The notes under the pieces are model-generated. The model was not told the DNA's origin. It did no database searches and saw only the letters and a list, made by a program, of their open reading frames with translations. Shown piece by piece: positions 27,593 through 35,900 of a stretch of 50,485 nt of DNA (position 1 is its first letter; each line of letters opens with the position of its first letter). The stretch comes from a virus. The position numbers were made by a program, and so were the translations under genes. Location: positions 1 through 50,485 of IMG/VR virus record IMGVR_UViG_3300023284_000253. One strand, 5' to 3'.

Positions 27593-27958
27593 TTAAGAAA
27601 GTTCAACATAACCACCACCATATTCACTCAGATATTTAAGTTTATCAGTGCGGTCTTTGATTACGGGCAGTAAACACCCATTGTGCTCCCTAAACTCCCG
27701 TCCTTTATGATTCTTCTTAGCCTCAGCAGCTTGATTAGGGAGATAACTTGCCCCATACATCCTCGTTCCGGTTTCACCCTCAAATGAATATGCCCTATGC
27801 TGGCTATCCGCAGTTCCTCCTGCATGGTCGGCAGCATAGGAATGCTCCGCCCTCTTACCACACAACCTACATTTACAGTGATCCTTATACTGACCGATAG
27901 ACACAAACTTGACAAATTCATGTCTACAATGGGAACAAATGAAACTATATTGCGGCAC
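27593..27958 (-). CDS. FmdB-family zinc-ribbon protein
   Basis: MPQYSFICSHCRHEF...CKCRLCGK matches the MP.Y.Y.C..C...F / C..CG signature. Confidence 0.65.
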   Translation of the reverse strand: MPQYSFICSHCRHEFVKFVSIGQYKDHCKCRLCGKRAEHSYAADHAGGTADSQHRAYSFEGETGTRMYGASYLPNQAAEAKKNHKGREFREHNGCLLPVIKDRTDKLKYLSEYGGGYVELS

Positions 27959-28358
27959 AATACACCTCCGTCAAGTGCTTCTCAATCTTTACCTGCCTCT
28001 TCTCAAACCACCCGAGTTTAGAGTTACAATGGGCACACAATAAACCCCTAACCACACCCGTGGCATGATCGTGGTCCACATGTAGATCATACCCAGCCTC
28101 ATCCACCGTCTTGCCGCAAATATTACAACCGCCATGCTGACACTCTAGTATGCTGTCGTAATCGTCCATGTTAATACCGTACTTGTGCATGTACACTGCG
28201 GACTTACGCCACCTAGGATAGGAATAAGCCTCCTTAACACACAACTTACACCAACTCCCTCTCCCAGTAGGGGATCGTCTATTCTTATAATAATCCTCTA
28301 TGTGCGTATCAACCTTACACTTGGGACAAATCTTATACCCATCATGAAATTTTGGCAT
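27945..28358 (-). CDS. Endonuclease VII-type HNH endonuclease
   Basis: CNICGK...HVDHDHATGVVRGLLCAHCNSKLG is the Endonuclease_7 signature. Paralog of 31086..31664. Confidence 0.8.
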   Translation of the reverse strand: MPKFHDGYKICPKCKVDTHIEDYYKNRRSPTGRGSWCKLCVKEAYSYPRWRKSAVYMHKYGINMDDYDSILECQHGGCNICGKTVDEAGYDLHVDHDHATGVVRGLLCAHCNSKLGWFEKRQVKIEKHLTEVYCAAI

Positions 28359-28588
28359 CAGTGAATCACCGTACTTTTAACAAGTTTAATCTGACCCGCC
28401 TGATACTGCCTTAAAAACTCCTTCAGGTTCCGACGCATCTCATCCTCCTGAACCTCTTGACCAACAGCATTAAGCACCCCCACCAACTCCTCAAAACTCA
28501 TAGAATCAATCTTCGCTTGTGTCATCCCATCCAAACTTTTGTGTTTAGGTAAAACCCTCAGTTTTTCCATGGTCTCACTCCTCTTCAT
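28358..28588 (-). CDS. hypothetical protein (76 aa)
   Basis: Track ORF; GAGGAGAA precedes the ATG; 1-nt overlap with the HNH gene. Confidence 0.6.
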   Translation of the reverse strand: MKRSETMEKLRVLPKHKSLDGMTQAKIDSMSFEELVGVLNAVGQEVQEDEMRRNLKEFLRQYQAGQIKLVKSTVIH

Positions 28589-28665
28589 TTCTCCTCAATT
28601 TTGTACGCTTCTTCAGCACGTCATTCTTCTTTTTCTTGCTCGCTACAAAAGCATCCTGCCTGTCT

Positions 28666-29334
28666 TTATCGAGCGGAAACTTCTTCTTGGCAACTCTCTT
28701 CAATCTCGTGTGTGGCATCTTTGTAATCCTCATACGCTTCTAGTATATGACTCACTGGCTCAAAAAACACTACCCCAGGAACACTCCGATCTCCACCAAC
28801 ACACATCCCAACAATTCGCAGATCCTCATCTAACAAAACACCGCCGCTAGAACCCGGTGCGCCTACTACATCCACTTGCAACACACCAGACCAAACATAA
28901 ACATCCCGAACCGAGTAGGAAATGTAACCCAATGTTATACTATCCGCGTACTCATAACCGTGAATACAGGACAGCAAATACACCTTATCCAAAACATCAG
29001 GAACTTCACCCCAATTGATAACAGGAAAACTTCCCGCTACCCTCAAAAACCCCACATCGTATTCATCGTCCCTCCATGACTCAATAATCGGATGCCACGT
29101 TCCATCCTGTGCTTCAACATATTTAAGATCTATTTCCGCACAATGACCAGCCGTAGCAATAAGGTTTGGTTCAATAGCAAACCCAGATCCCTGCCCGTAC
29201 TCTCCAACCAGCAGCACCGTAGACGGCAACATACTTACAGGTGAACTGCTACGGTTATTAACCCAAACAAAACCAGCCGCAATGACTATCCAAATACCAA
29301 CAACCAAGCATAAACTACGCACTAGTGCTCGCAT
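28666..29334 (-). CDS. membrane-anchored trypsin-like (S1) serine protease
   Basis: N-terminal TM helix SLCLVVGIWIVIAAGFVWV. Triad context IATAGHCAE (His), EYDVGFLRV (Asp), GAPGSSGGVLLD (Ser). Confidence 0.75.
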   Translation of the reverse strand: MRALVRSLCLVVGIWIVIAAGFVWVNNRSSSPVSMLPSTVLLVGEYGQGSGFAIEPNLIATAGHCAEIDLKYVEAQDGTWHPIIESWRDDEYDVGFLRVAGSFPVINWGEVPDVLDKVYLLSCIHGYEYADSITLGYISYSVRDVYVWSGVLQVDVVGAPGSSGGVLLDEDLRIVGMCVGGDRSVPGVVFFEPVSHILEAYEDYKDATHEIEESCQEEVSAR

Positions 29335-31102
29335 CCAATGGCCCCTTTATATCACTCCCTGAACCTTCGCGTCTTTGTTGCTGCCCAAGATTAGCCAATC
29401 GGCTCACCTCCGATGCGCCCCGACTATCATCCTGCTGCCCAGGAGACTTGCTGGACTTCACAATACTATTAACTTCTGGAACATCCTGAGGAATAACTGA
29501 CTTGTACCACTGCGGAAAACTATCAAACCCACCGTAATCCGCTAGCAGCTTATCCACTTGCTGAAGATCAATATCCGCACCCTGCTGTTGACGTATCTGC
29601 ATAGTAGGCAAGATCCAAGAGGTCATCAACTGGAACAACCGATTATACTTCTGCTCTGGACTAGTCCGTCGCGTACTATACGGAATAACCTTCAACATCA
29701 ACTGGTGCCACTCAGCCGCTTTATCCGCCGAGGTTAGAAATACCGGATACTCAAACTCCCCAACTCCAGGGATCGAAACCGTATTCAACACCTCAACATA
29801 AGTCGTAGGGTCTTCAGTTACAGCCCAGGACCACTTTCGTAAAATATCCTCTTCCCAACTCTGAAACCCGTTATAGAAATTGTTAACAATCCTACTTGCG
29901 TTCTCCACAACTAACTGCTCTTGACCCAACGTAGGAGCCGTAGGCCCGCGTCCACCCATTACATCGCTAGATGCAGTTCCAGACTTTGTAAATTCTGACT
30001 CAGCAAAAGACATCCACTCGTAGTTATCTTTGTTAGCACCTCCGAATGAAACCGTCTTCACCTGATCAATATTCTTAACCAATTTAACATCCATGTTACG
30101 GGCACTCAGTAAAGCCTCAGCAGCTTCTTTACCCGCTGGTTCAGCAACTATCACGTCCTTCTGAGACTCAGCTTGCTCCCGAGCAGCTCGTGCCATGATG
30201 TTCATAGTCACATCAAGATCATACCAATCCCAAGCTGGAGGAATTGGAACAGGTGAATTAGGAGGAAACTTGTAACCGAGATAGCTATAAGGACTTCCCG
30301 GACCATTCCACTCAATTGTTCTCAGCACTACTGCCTTATGCCCCATGGGCATGACAGTGTCGATTGTCCGATCTTTGAAGTTATACACATCAATGAAGGT
30401 AGACTGATCATCAAGCGCCAATTTATTCCAATCAATCGACTTCTCCGATGTCAACTCCTCCGTACTGTACTTAGTCACTAGTTTAGAATCAGCAGTAATC
30501 CAATCCGCCACCTGATTTCCATGTCGATCATGCCGAGCAAACAAATCCTTTGCATACTCGGTGGGCAACCGATAAATATCTCCCTCAAAAGCAAAATCTG
30601 TTCGTCTCTTAGCCGAAGGATCGCCAATATAATCCGCAGCTTCGATGATAGACACCCTAGGAGTGCCTACCTTAATCTGCTCTCCATCAATTGACACCCG
30701 GCGATCATACTCATAAAAAGTTCTCGCAGCGACACCACCAAACATCGAAGCAGTTGCACCCGGAATGAGAACAGTATTAGCAAAATCTTCCCGCTCAATC
30801 AAATGATTCAAAATCAACTTTAGATCAAACGCATAAGTCCTCAACTGGGGAGACAGAGGCTCAATCAAAACCCTGGGGTTGCCCTCCACTAGGTAGGACA
30901 CAATAGTAGATACACCACGATTCATCAGGTTGATCAGATGCCAACGTGAATACCCCCGCTGATAGTACCCAGATATCCATAGGTTCATCAACTTCTGCGA
31001 ATGATTAAGAGCACCCTCATACTTGGTTTGCCACGCGCGCGCAAGAAGCTGGACACGGCCTGCATAGGACTTCCTCACGTCCGGGCTATCTAATGTGGTC
31101 AT
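29315..31102 (-). CDS. portal protein candidate (595 aa)
   Basis: Track ORF. Size and position (downstream of terL, upstream of protease, scaffold and capsid) are typical. No motif proof. Confidence 0.65.
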   Translation of the reverse strand: MTTLDSPDVRKSYAGRVQLLARAWQTKYEGALNHSQKLMNLWISGYYQRGYSRWHLINLMNRGVSTIVSYLVEGNPRVLIEPLSPQLRTYAFDLKLILNHLIEREDFANTVLIPGATASMFGGVAARTFYEYDRRVSIDGEQIKVGTPRVSIIEAADYIGDPSAKRRTDFAFEGDIYRLPTEYAKDLFARHDRHGNQVADWITADSKLVTKYSTEELTSEKSIDWNKLALDDQSTFIDVYNFKDRTIDTVMPMGHKAVVLRTIEWNGPGSPYSYLGYKFPPNSPVPIPPAWDWYDLDVTMNIMARAAREQAESQKDVIVAEPAGKEAAEALLSARNMDVKLVKNIDQVKTVSFGGANKDNYEWMSFAESEFTKSGTASSDVMGGRGPTAPTLGQEQLVVENASRIVNNFYNGFQSWEEDILRKWSWAVTEDPTTYVEVLNTVSIPGVGEFEYPVFLTSADKAAEWHQLMLKVIPYSTRRTSPEQKYNRLFQLMTSWILPTMQIRQQQGADIDLQQVDKLLADYGGFDSFPQWYKSVIPQDVPEVNSIVKSSKSPGQQDDSRGASEVSRLANLGQQQRREGSGSDIKGPLDASTSA

Positions 31103-31664
31103 AAGGAGGGTCCTCCAGGTAATCTATCACTAAATCCAAGTTTTTCTCCACATGACCCACGGCAAAATTACACGCGATGCACAACAATCCCCTAATCTTT
31201 CCAGTACTATGATCGTGATCAACCGACAAAGCCCGTCTTTCATACTTCTGGTGTTTACCACACATCGCACAACACCCTTCCTGGTGTTCAAACATGCGGT
31301 TGTACTCTTCCTCATTTATGTTGTATGCCCTTAACAACCTCCAGGTTCGGTTATATTTTGGATTAGCCTCCAACCACTTTTCATGAATCTCTTTTTTATG
31401 CTCCCGTTCCTCATCTGTTTTGAGTTTAAAATAATCAGGGTCCTCTAAAATCTTCTGATCTTTCCACTTCTTAGCCTTCTGTATTGCACACACCTTACAC
31501 GAACTCGTCTTGTTATCTTGTCTGCCTTTGTGGTTATGAAACTCCTCCAAAGGCTTAACTTCCTTACACAGAATACACATCTTAGGAGGCCACGATACCA
31601 GAACTGGCTCCTGACCTGGAGAATATGGACTTTCCATAAACTGCTTATGAGTCATAGTTCTCAT
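31086..31664 (-). CDS. Endonuclease VII-type HNH endonuclease
   Basis: CAMCGK...SVDHDHSTGKIRGLLCIACNFAVG, plus an N-terminal CILCK...CKVC zinc ribbon. Lies between terL and portal. Confidence 0.8.
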   Translation of the reverse strand: MRTMTHKQFMESPYSPGQEPVLVSWPPKMCILCKEVKPLEEFHNHKGRQDNKTSSCKVCAIQKAKKWKDQKILEDPDYFKLKTDEEREHKKEIHEKWLEANPKYNRTWRLLRAYNINEEEYNRMFEHQEGCCAMCGKHQKYERRALSVDHDHSTGKIRGLLCIACNFAVGHVEKNLDLVIDYLEDPPYDHIR

Positions 31665-31802
31665 CTACAGCCCCAACTCTTTACGAAGATCATCCACGTT
31701 AATACCAGCCTCTTCCGTCAAAGCCGCCAAACTTTCTTTCATCTCAATCTGATCCTCTATCTTTTGAGCAGCGAACCACTGTTTAAAATCCAAGTTATCC
31801 AT
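31665..31802 (-). CDS. hypothetical small protein (45 aa)
   Basis: Hand-read ORF MDNLDFKQWFAAQKIEDQIEMKE... It exactly fills the gap between terL and the HNH gene. Confidence 0.5.
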   Translation of the reverse strand: MDNLDFKQWFAAQKIEDQIEMKESLAALTEEAGINVDDLRKELGL

Positions 31803-31805
31803 TAT

Positions 31806-33815
31806 CTACACCCATTGCTTCTCATCTCTAGTTCGTCGGTAGTCAATCATCTCAGCGTCCCTCATCCTCGCAGCAAAGCTTCCCGGATGGATAATCCTAT
31901 ACTCCTCTTCACTTCCCTTGGCCTGCTGAGAGGAAGCCATTTCAGCTAAACCCATAGCAATAACACGATCCCCGTGAGATGCTTTTGCACCACTAGATTC
32001 AGTTATCATAGATACAGGGCCAACATCAATTCGTTTATCAGCAAACGTATACCCTTCCATCTCATTCATAGTCTGATTATCATACAATATCAGCCTGGAA
32101 AACTGAGGATTGTCTCGTAACGATTCACGCAAAGCAGCATCCAGTTTGTTCAACATGGAAATCTTCGTGCCGCTCTGACCCGTTGTATTTTTCCACCCGT
32201 AGGCATTAGCCCATTTTCTAGTACTGTTAGGGGCACCTTCTCGTTTGTACAAAGAATAATAACCAAGCTCATCTAAACGCTCGTAAAACTCTGGAGCCCC
32301 ATTCTCTTCCCAATTAAGTAATGGAGGAACAGAACCACCAATCCAATCACAGAAAGCAACAGTCAACTCTGCAAAACTGGGTCGGGGATGATACGCGGTA
32401 ACTAAAAGCCCAACCAATTCATCAGTGTTTACATCTTTAACAGCACACACAGAATTAGAAGCCCCAGTGCCTCTGGACAAATCAGCTCCCACAGCGTAGC
32501 TATGACCCTGTAAAGGACGACCATATTTTAACTCTCCCCACCAGGATACCAAACTCTTAGATCCCCCCAGAACAAACTCAACGTCGCTGATGGACTTATC
32601 CGACACTACATAGATTATATCCCCGCGATAGCGTGGCTCCTCAACCCTCTCACGCAGCTTGGACATCAAACTAAAATCAAAGAACGTCTCGGTAGAGCCA
32701 GAGTCAAGGCATAGAATGTTCTGTGCCTTGCCGCGCTCAGTGCGTCCTGGTCGTTTCTCGTCCGAGTCTAACCATACCGTCCTGTCTATTCCAAAATTGG
32801 ACACCCCCGCGTCCGCAATAAATGAATACCCACCGCCTAATGTCGAAGTATCAACAACTTCCCCCTCCTCTACATCATCATATACGCCCGGATACGCTTT
32901 TTGAAAATAAGCCAAGTCCTTCATTATCACTTGTCCATCTTTGGGGCTTGAATATCGGCCATAGTTCTGATTCGGGCAGTCGAAGAAACTGAGTTTGATC
33001 GTATTATCTGGATGGGCGGCCATCGCCCTATCATAAGGGTGAGCCCCGCCCCACGGACCTTTAGTCGAATTAAAAATGCAACACTCCGATGTATCGGCTA
33101 AGTTTTCTAGCAGCCACGAGGCCATGGGAGGTTCTATCTGTGCGGCCTCATCAACCATAACCGATGTAGACCGAAATGACTTTCCAAAACCAATATTCGT
33201 CGTGTCACCGCGAACCGCAGAATTGTTGTCAAGACTTTGAATGAATAGCTTCTTTTTGTAAGTCTTGGGCTGCAAATACTCCGGTAGAGTGTTAATCATG
33301 TAGAGGAACTTATAAAACAGTGACTCCTCTGACCCAACTAAAACACCGTCAACAAGTTCACAGCCATCATCAACCAGTTGTTCCTTTCGAGATCCCAATA
33401 AAAACTTGCTGTTGGGACTCACAAGAAAATACAAAAGGTACATTCCTAAGATGATATACGTTGCCCCTTGCTTTCTACTCTTTAGAAAAAACAAATCTGT
33501 TGGCTCCCCATTCATACCTTTGTCAATCGCAACCTTGATTGCCCTGACCGCCTTCTCTTGGTGCGGCCATAAAATGAATGGTATATCTCTGTATCCTGGT
33601 CTGGATTGAGAATTAAAAGTCCACAGTGCCGTGTTAAACCACAAAACAGGATCAACAAAACACAGTGCAAGATATCTTTCCTTGCCCTTATTGCTCGACA
33701 GGAAGCTGTGAAGCTCCTTCCGCCTCATCAAGTTCTTGGCCCTGTTCCCCCGAAACCAATTGGCCAGCGCTTCTGGGCTCTCCGTTATTTTCCGAAAGTA
33801 CCGAGTCGATAGCAT
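31806..33815 (-). CDS. terL: terminase large subunit
   Basis: 669 aa. Walker A-like LKSRKQGATY, Walker B SVMVDEAAQIE, C-terminal nuclease-type GADLSRGTGASNS. The start is uncertain (128-nt overlap with terS; ATG 33731 is an alternative). Confidence 0.8.
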   Translation of the reverse strand: MLSTRYFRKITESPEALANWFRGNRAKNLMRRKELHSFLSSNKGKERYLALCFVDPVLWFNTALWTFNSQSRPGYRDIPFILWPHQEKAVRAIKVAIDKGMNGEPTDLFFLKSRKQGATYIILGMYLLYFLVSPNSKFLLGSRKEQLVDDGCELVDGVLVGSEESLFYKFLYMINTLPEYLQPKTYKKKLFIQSLDNNSAVRGDTTNIGFGKSFRSTSVMVDEAAQIEPPMASWLLENLADTSECCIFNSTKGPWGGAHPYDRAMAAHPDNTIKLSFFDCPNQNYGRYSSPKDGQVIMKDLAYFQKAYPGVYDDVEEGEVVDTSTLGGGYSFIADAGVSNFGIDRTVWLDSDEKRPGRTERGKAQNILCLDSGSTETFFDFSLMSKLRERVEEPRYRGDIIYVVSDKSISDVEFVLGGSKSLVSWWGELKYGRPLQGHSYAVGADLSRGTGASNSVCAVKDVNTDELVGLLVTAYHPRPSFAELTVAFCDWIGGSVPPLLNWEENGAPEFYERLDELGYYSLYKREGAPNSTRKWANAYGWKNTTGQSGTKISMLNKLDAALRESLRDNPQFSRLILYDNQTMNEMEGYTFADKRIDVGPVSMITESSGAKASHGDRVIAMGLAEMASSQQAKGSEEEYRIIHPGSFAARMRDAEMIDYRRTRDEKQWV

Positions 33816-34419
33816 CTACTGTCTCCATGTCAATAATCTCAGCCTCAATAACCTTAGCATATCCACCAGCCAACCGGTCTATTTGCTCCGCAACAGAGGC
33901 AGCATCAAGTTTGTGAGTGTGTGTCGTCTCAACCTTCTTTTCAATATACTGCTTAGAGACCCAGTCGTCGCCTCCCTCCTGCCTGTCAAGACACGACACT
34001 AGAAACATTAGCAATCTATCGTTCGATGGAATAGTTTTATGTGTCTCTTCAACAGTCACTTCCGTCCCTGGAATAAGCTCCAACGAACCATCTTCCAAAA
34101 CTTTCTGCTTAGTAACTATTTTTTTATCAACAGTTACATAACCAGCAGCCGCTCTAATTCCCTTACCAATCAGGTATGCCTTAGTTAATTTTTTACCACT
34201 GTTTGTCGCTCTCTTAAACTCGGGGTACTCACGCTTCCATTTCTGGATATTATCTCGCGTCGTCCCAAAATAAAATGCAAGGTCCTTGAGCGTGGCACCA
34301 GCCGCCACTAATTTCTCAGCAACCCCAACAAGATCGGGACTATACTTTGTAGCATGCTGAGGATTGATTCGTGGTGATCCTTCAGCCTCCCAGTCCTCTT
34401 TAGTCTCCCATCTTACCAT
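33688..34419 (-). CDS. terS: terminase small subunit candidate
   Basis: Track ORF 33688..34491. ATG 34419 behind GGGAGA is preferred because the first 24 codons are read through repeat D. HTH-like LKDLAFYFGTTRDNIQKWKREYPEF; sits upstream of terL. Confidence 0.55.
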   Translation of the reverse strand: MVRWETKEDWEAEGSPRINPQHATKYSPDLVGVAEKLVAAGATLKDLAFYFGTTRDNIQKWKREYPEFKRATNSGKKLTKAYLIGKGIRAAAGYVTVDKKIVTKQKVLEDGSLELIPGTEVTVEETHKTIPSNDRLLMFLVSCLDRQEGGDDWVSKQYIEKKVETTHTHKLDAASVAEQIDRLAGGYAKVIEAEIIDMETVDAIDSVLSENNGEPRSAGQLVSGEQGQELDEAEGASQLPVEQ

Positions 34420-34430
34420 TAAGTCTCCCA

Positions 34431-34542
34431 GCTTCCTCTCACAGCTCCTCACAGCCTGCTGGAGCGACGATCTCCTGAAATGGCTACCCAACTACCCTTA
34501 AAACACTTCGGTCCTCAGAACGGCTCACAGCGGCTCTGAGAG
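34431..34542 (+). repeat. Intergenic structured repeat, copy D (partial)
   Basis: CCTCTCACAG..., then 34448-34474 identical to 5188-5214, then a CGGTCCTCAGAACGG block. Lacks the central TAGCCAT/GAGAT block. Confidence 0.8.
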
Positions 34543-34671
34543 TAAATTCGTGGTTTTATCTGCCGATGCCGTTATAACCGTCATTATCGTTACATACTAC
34601 CTATTAATAAGGTCCACAGTATACTATGGCCCTGTATATCTTAATTCTTTTAACTATGGCACAGCAAAAAC

Positions 34672-34719
34672 AGTGGAAGCAGTTATATTTGCTGACAGAT
34701 ATGTTTCAGCTTCCACTGA
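34672..34719. repeat. Perfect 10-bp inverted repeat (hairpin/cruciform)
   Basis: CAGTGGAAGC (34672-34681) and GCTTCCACTG (34710-34719) with a 28-nt spacer that contains an inner ATAT...ATAT pair. Confidence 0.85.
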
Positions 34720-34907
34720 CTGACTCAATTGTACCAGATTACTATTCTACTGCGCACCATGTACTATAGTCCCCCTATATATATAAGCGGGGTAATTGGG
34801 CTATTTTTAGAACAAATTTTGGAATTTTTGAAAGTTTTTTCATAATCCTTATTTTTGGACTAAAAACAAAGATAAATTTTTATGTGGTTATAATCTAAAA
34901 CAATGTT

Positions 34908-34936
34908 TGCATGTGAGGTTCTCTTGTGTTAGACTT
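34908..34936 (+). promoter_or_regulatory. Candidate sigma70-type early promoter (extended -10)
   Basis: TTGCAT, 17 nt, TAGACT preceded by TGT. The 11-mer TGTGTTAGACT recurs at 43139-43149. Sits in the AT-rich region ~140 nt upstream of the first plus-arm gene. Confidence 0.4.
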
Positions 34937-35076
34937 TATATAATAAGATTTACCATTGATTTTAGTCCAAAACTGGTGATGTTGTATTTATTTTTACAAT
35001 TTAATGATTTTTCGTTTGGCATTTTGTGAATTATCCCGTTTAATATAATAGAGGCGTTATTTTTAAGGAGACAGAA

Positions 35077-35595
35077 ATGTTGACAGAAGCAGAGTTTAAA
35101 ATAGAAATGAATGAAAAATTCCATTTATTGTACGAAGAGCATAACAATAGGTTGAGAAATTGGCTCAAAAGTAAACTAAATGATGATAATGATGTTGATG
35201 ATGTAATGCAAGATGCTTGGCTCAAGATCTGGGAAAGAATTATTAAACTCCCTTTTGGTGAAATGAATACGGCATACCTGTATAGCTGTTTGAAAAGTTG
35301 CCTATATGATTTTTTCCGAAGGCGAGGTGATGGTAAAGACCCCAGTGACCAAAAGTACAAAAAAGGCTTAGGGAAAAGATACAAGCTTCAAATGACAGGC
35401 AACAAGGACTTTCTTCGGAATCTCAAGGGTTACTGGGCCGAGCGTGTCATTCATGGAGACACGTCCCTTTTGAAAACCTGCCGAGAGTTGTTCGGCGAAG
35501 CTGATTCTGCTGGGGTCATGGACCCGACTGGCAGTGAGAAAGATGATTGGGCACTTGCAATCTTAGAAGCAGATGATAAACCTGGAGAGTTGTGA
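35077..35595 (+). CDS. sigma-70 family (ECF-like region 2) protein
   Basis: FHLLYEEHNNRLRNWLKSKL...DVDDVMQDAWLKIWERI...AYLYSCLKSCLYDFFRRR fits the sigma70_r2 pattern. The C-terminal region-4 match is weak. AAGGAGACAGAA precedes the ATG. Confidence 0.65.
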   Translation: MLTEAEFKIEMNEKFHLLYEEHNNRLRNWLKSKLNDDNDVDDVMQDAWLKIWERIIKLPFGEMNTAYLYSCLKSCLYDFFRRRGDGKDPSDQKYKKGLGKRYKLQMTGNKDFLRNLKGYWAERVIHGDTSLLKTCRELFGEADSAGVMDPTGSEKDDWALAILEADDKPGEL

Positions 35596-35900
35596 TGGGT
35601 ATGTACAGAACGTATGATGAACTGTATACTGACACGGTTCACATTGTCAGTAAGTATTTACAGTCGGTGTTAAGTGATCCTGTGTATCGTAAAGAAGTCA
35701 TTGAAGACGTTTACATGAATGTTATTTACCACATGAACCAGCATCCTGATGAAGCAGTGGGCACAGGAATGGTATTACACTTTGTTGATGAGTGTCTTTC
35801 TCAATGGTATTATGATCATGATGAGGAGTTTCAGTCTGGGTATGATCAGTTGATCGAAGATTTCGAGTGGACTAACCCTTATTCAACAGGGGATGCTTAA
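35592..35900 (+). CDS. second sigma-region-2-like small protein (102 aa)
   Basis: YDELYTDTVHIVSKYLQSVLSDPVYRKEVIEDVYMNVIYH resembles region 2 only. Overlaps both neighbours. Assignment is tentative. Confidence 0.4.
   Translation: MMGMYRTYDELYTDTVHIVSKYLQSVLSDPVYRKEVIEDVYMNVIYHMNQHPDEAVGTGMVLHFVDECLSQWYYDHDEEFQSGYDQLIEDFEWTNPYSTGDA

Noticed and set aside
34420-34491. N-terminal 24 codons of the track ORF 33688..34491 (MGSHFRRSSLQQAVRSCERKLGDL).
   Set aside because: This stretch is repeat D read on the opposite strand. ATG 34419 has a good GGGAGA SD, so the extension is probably fortuitous.
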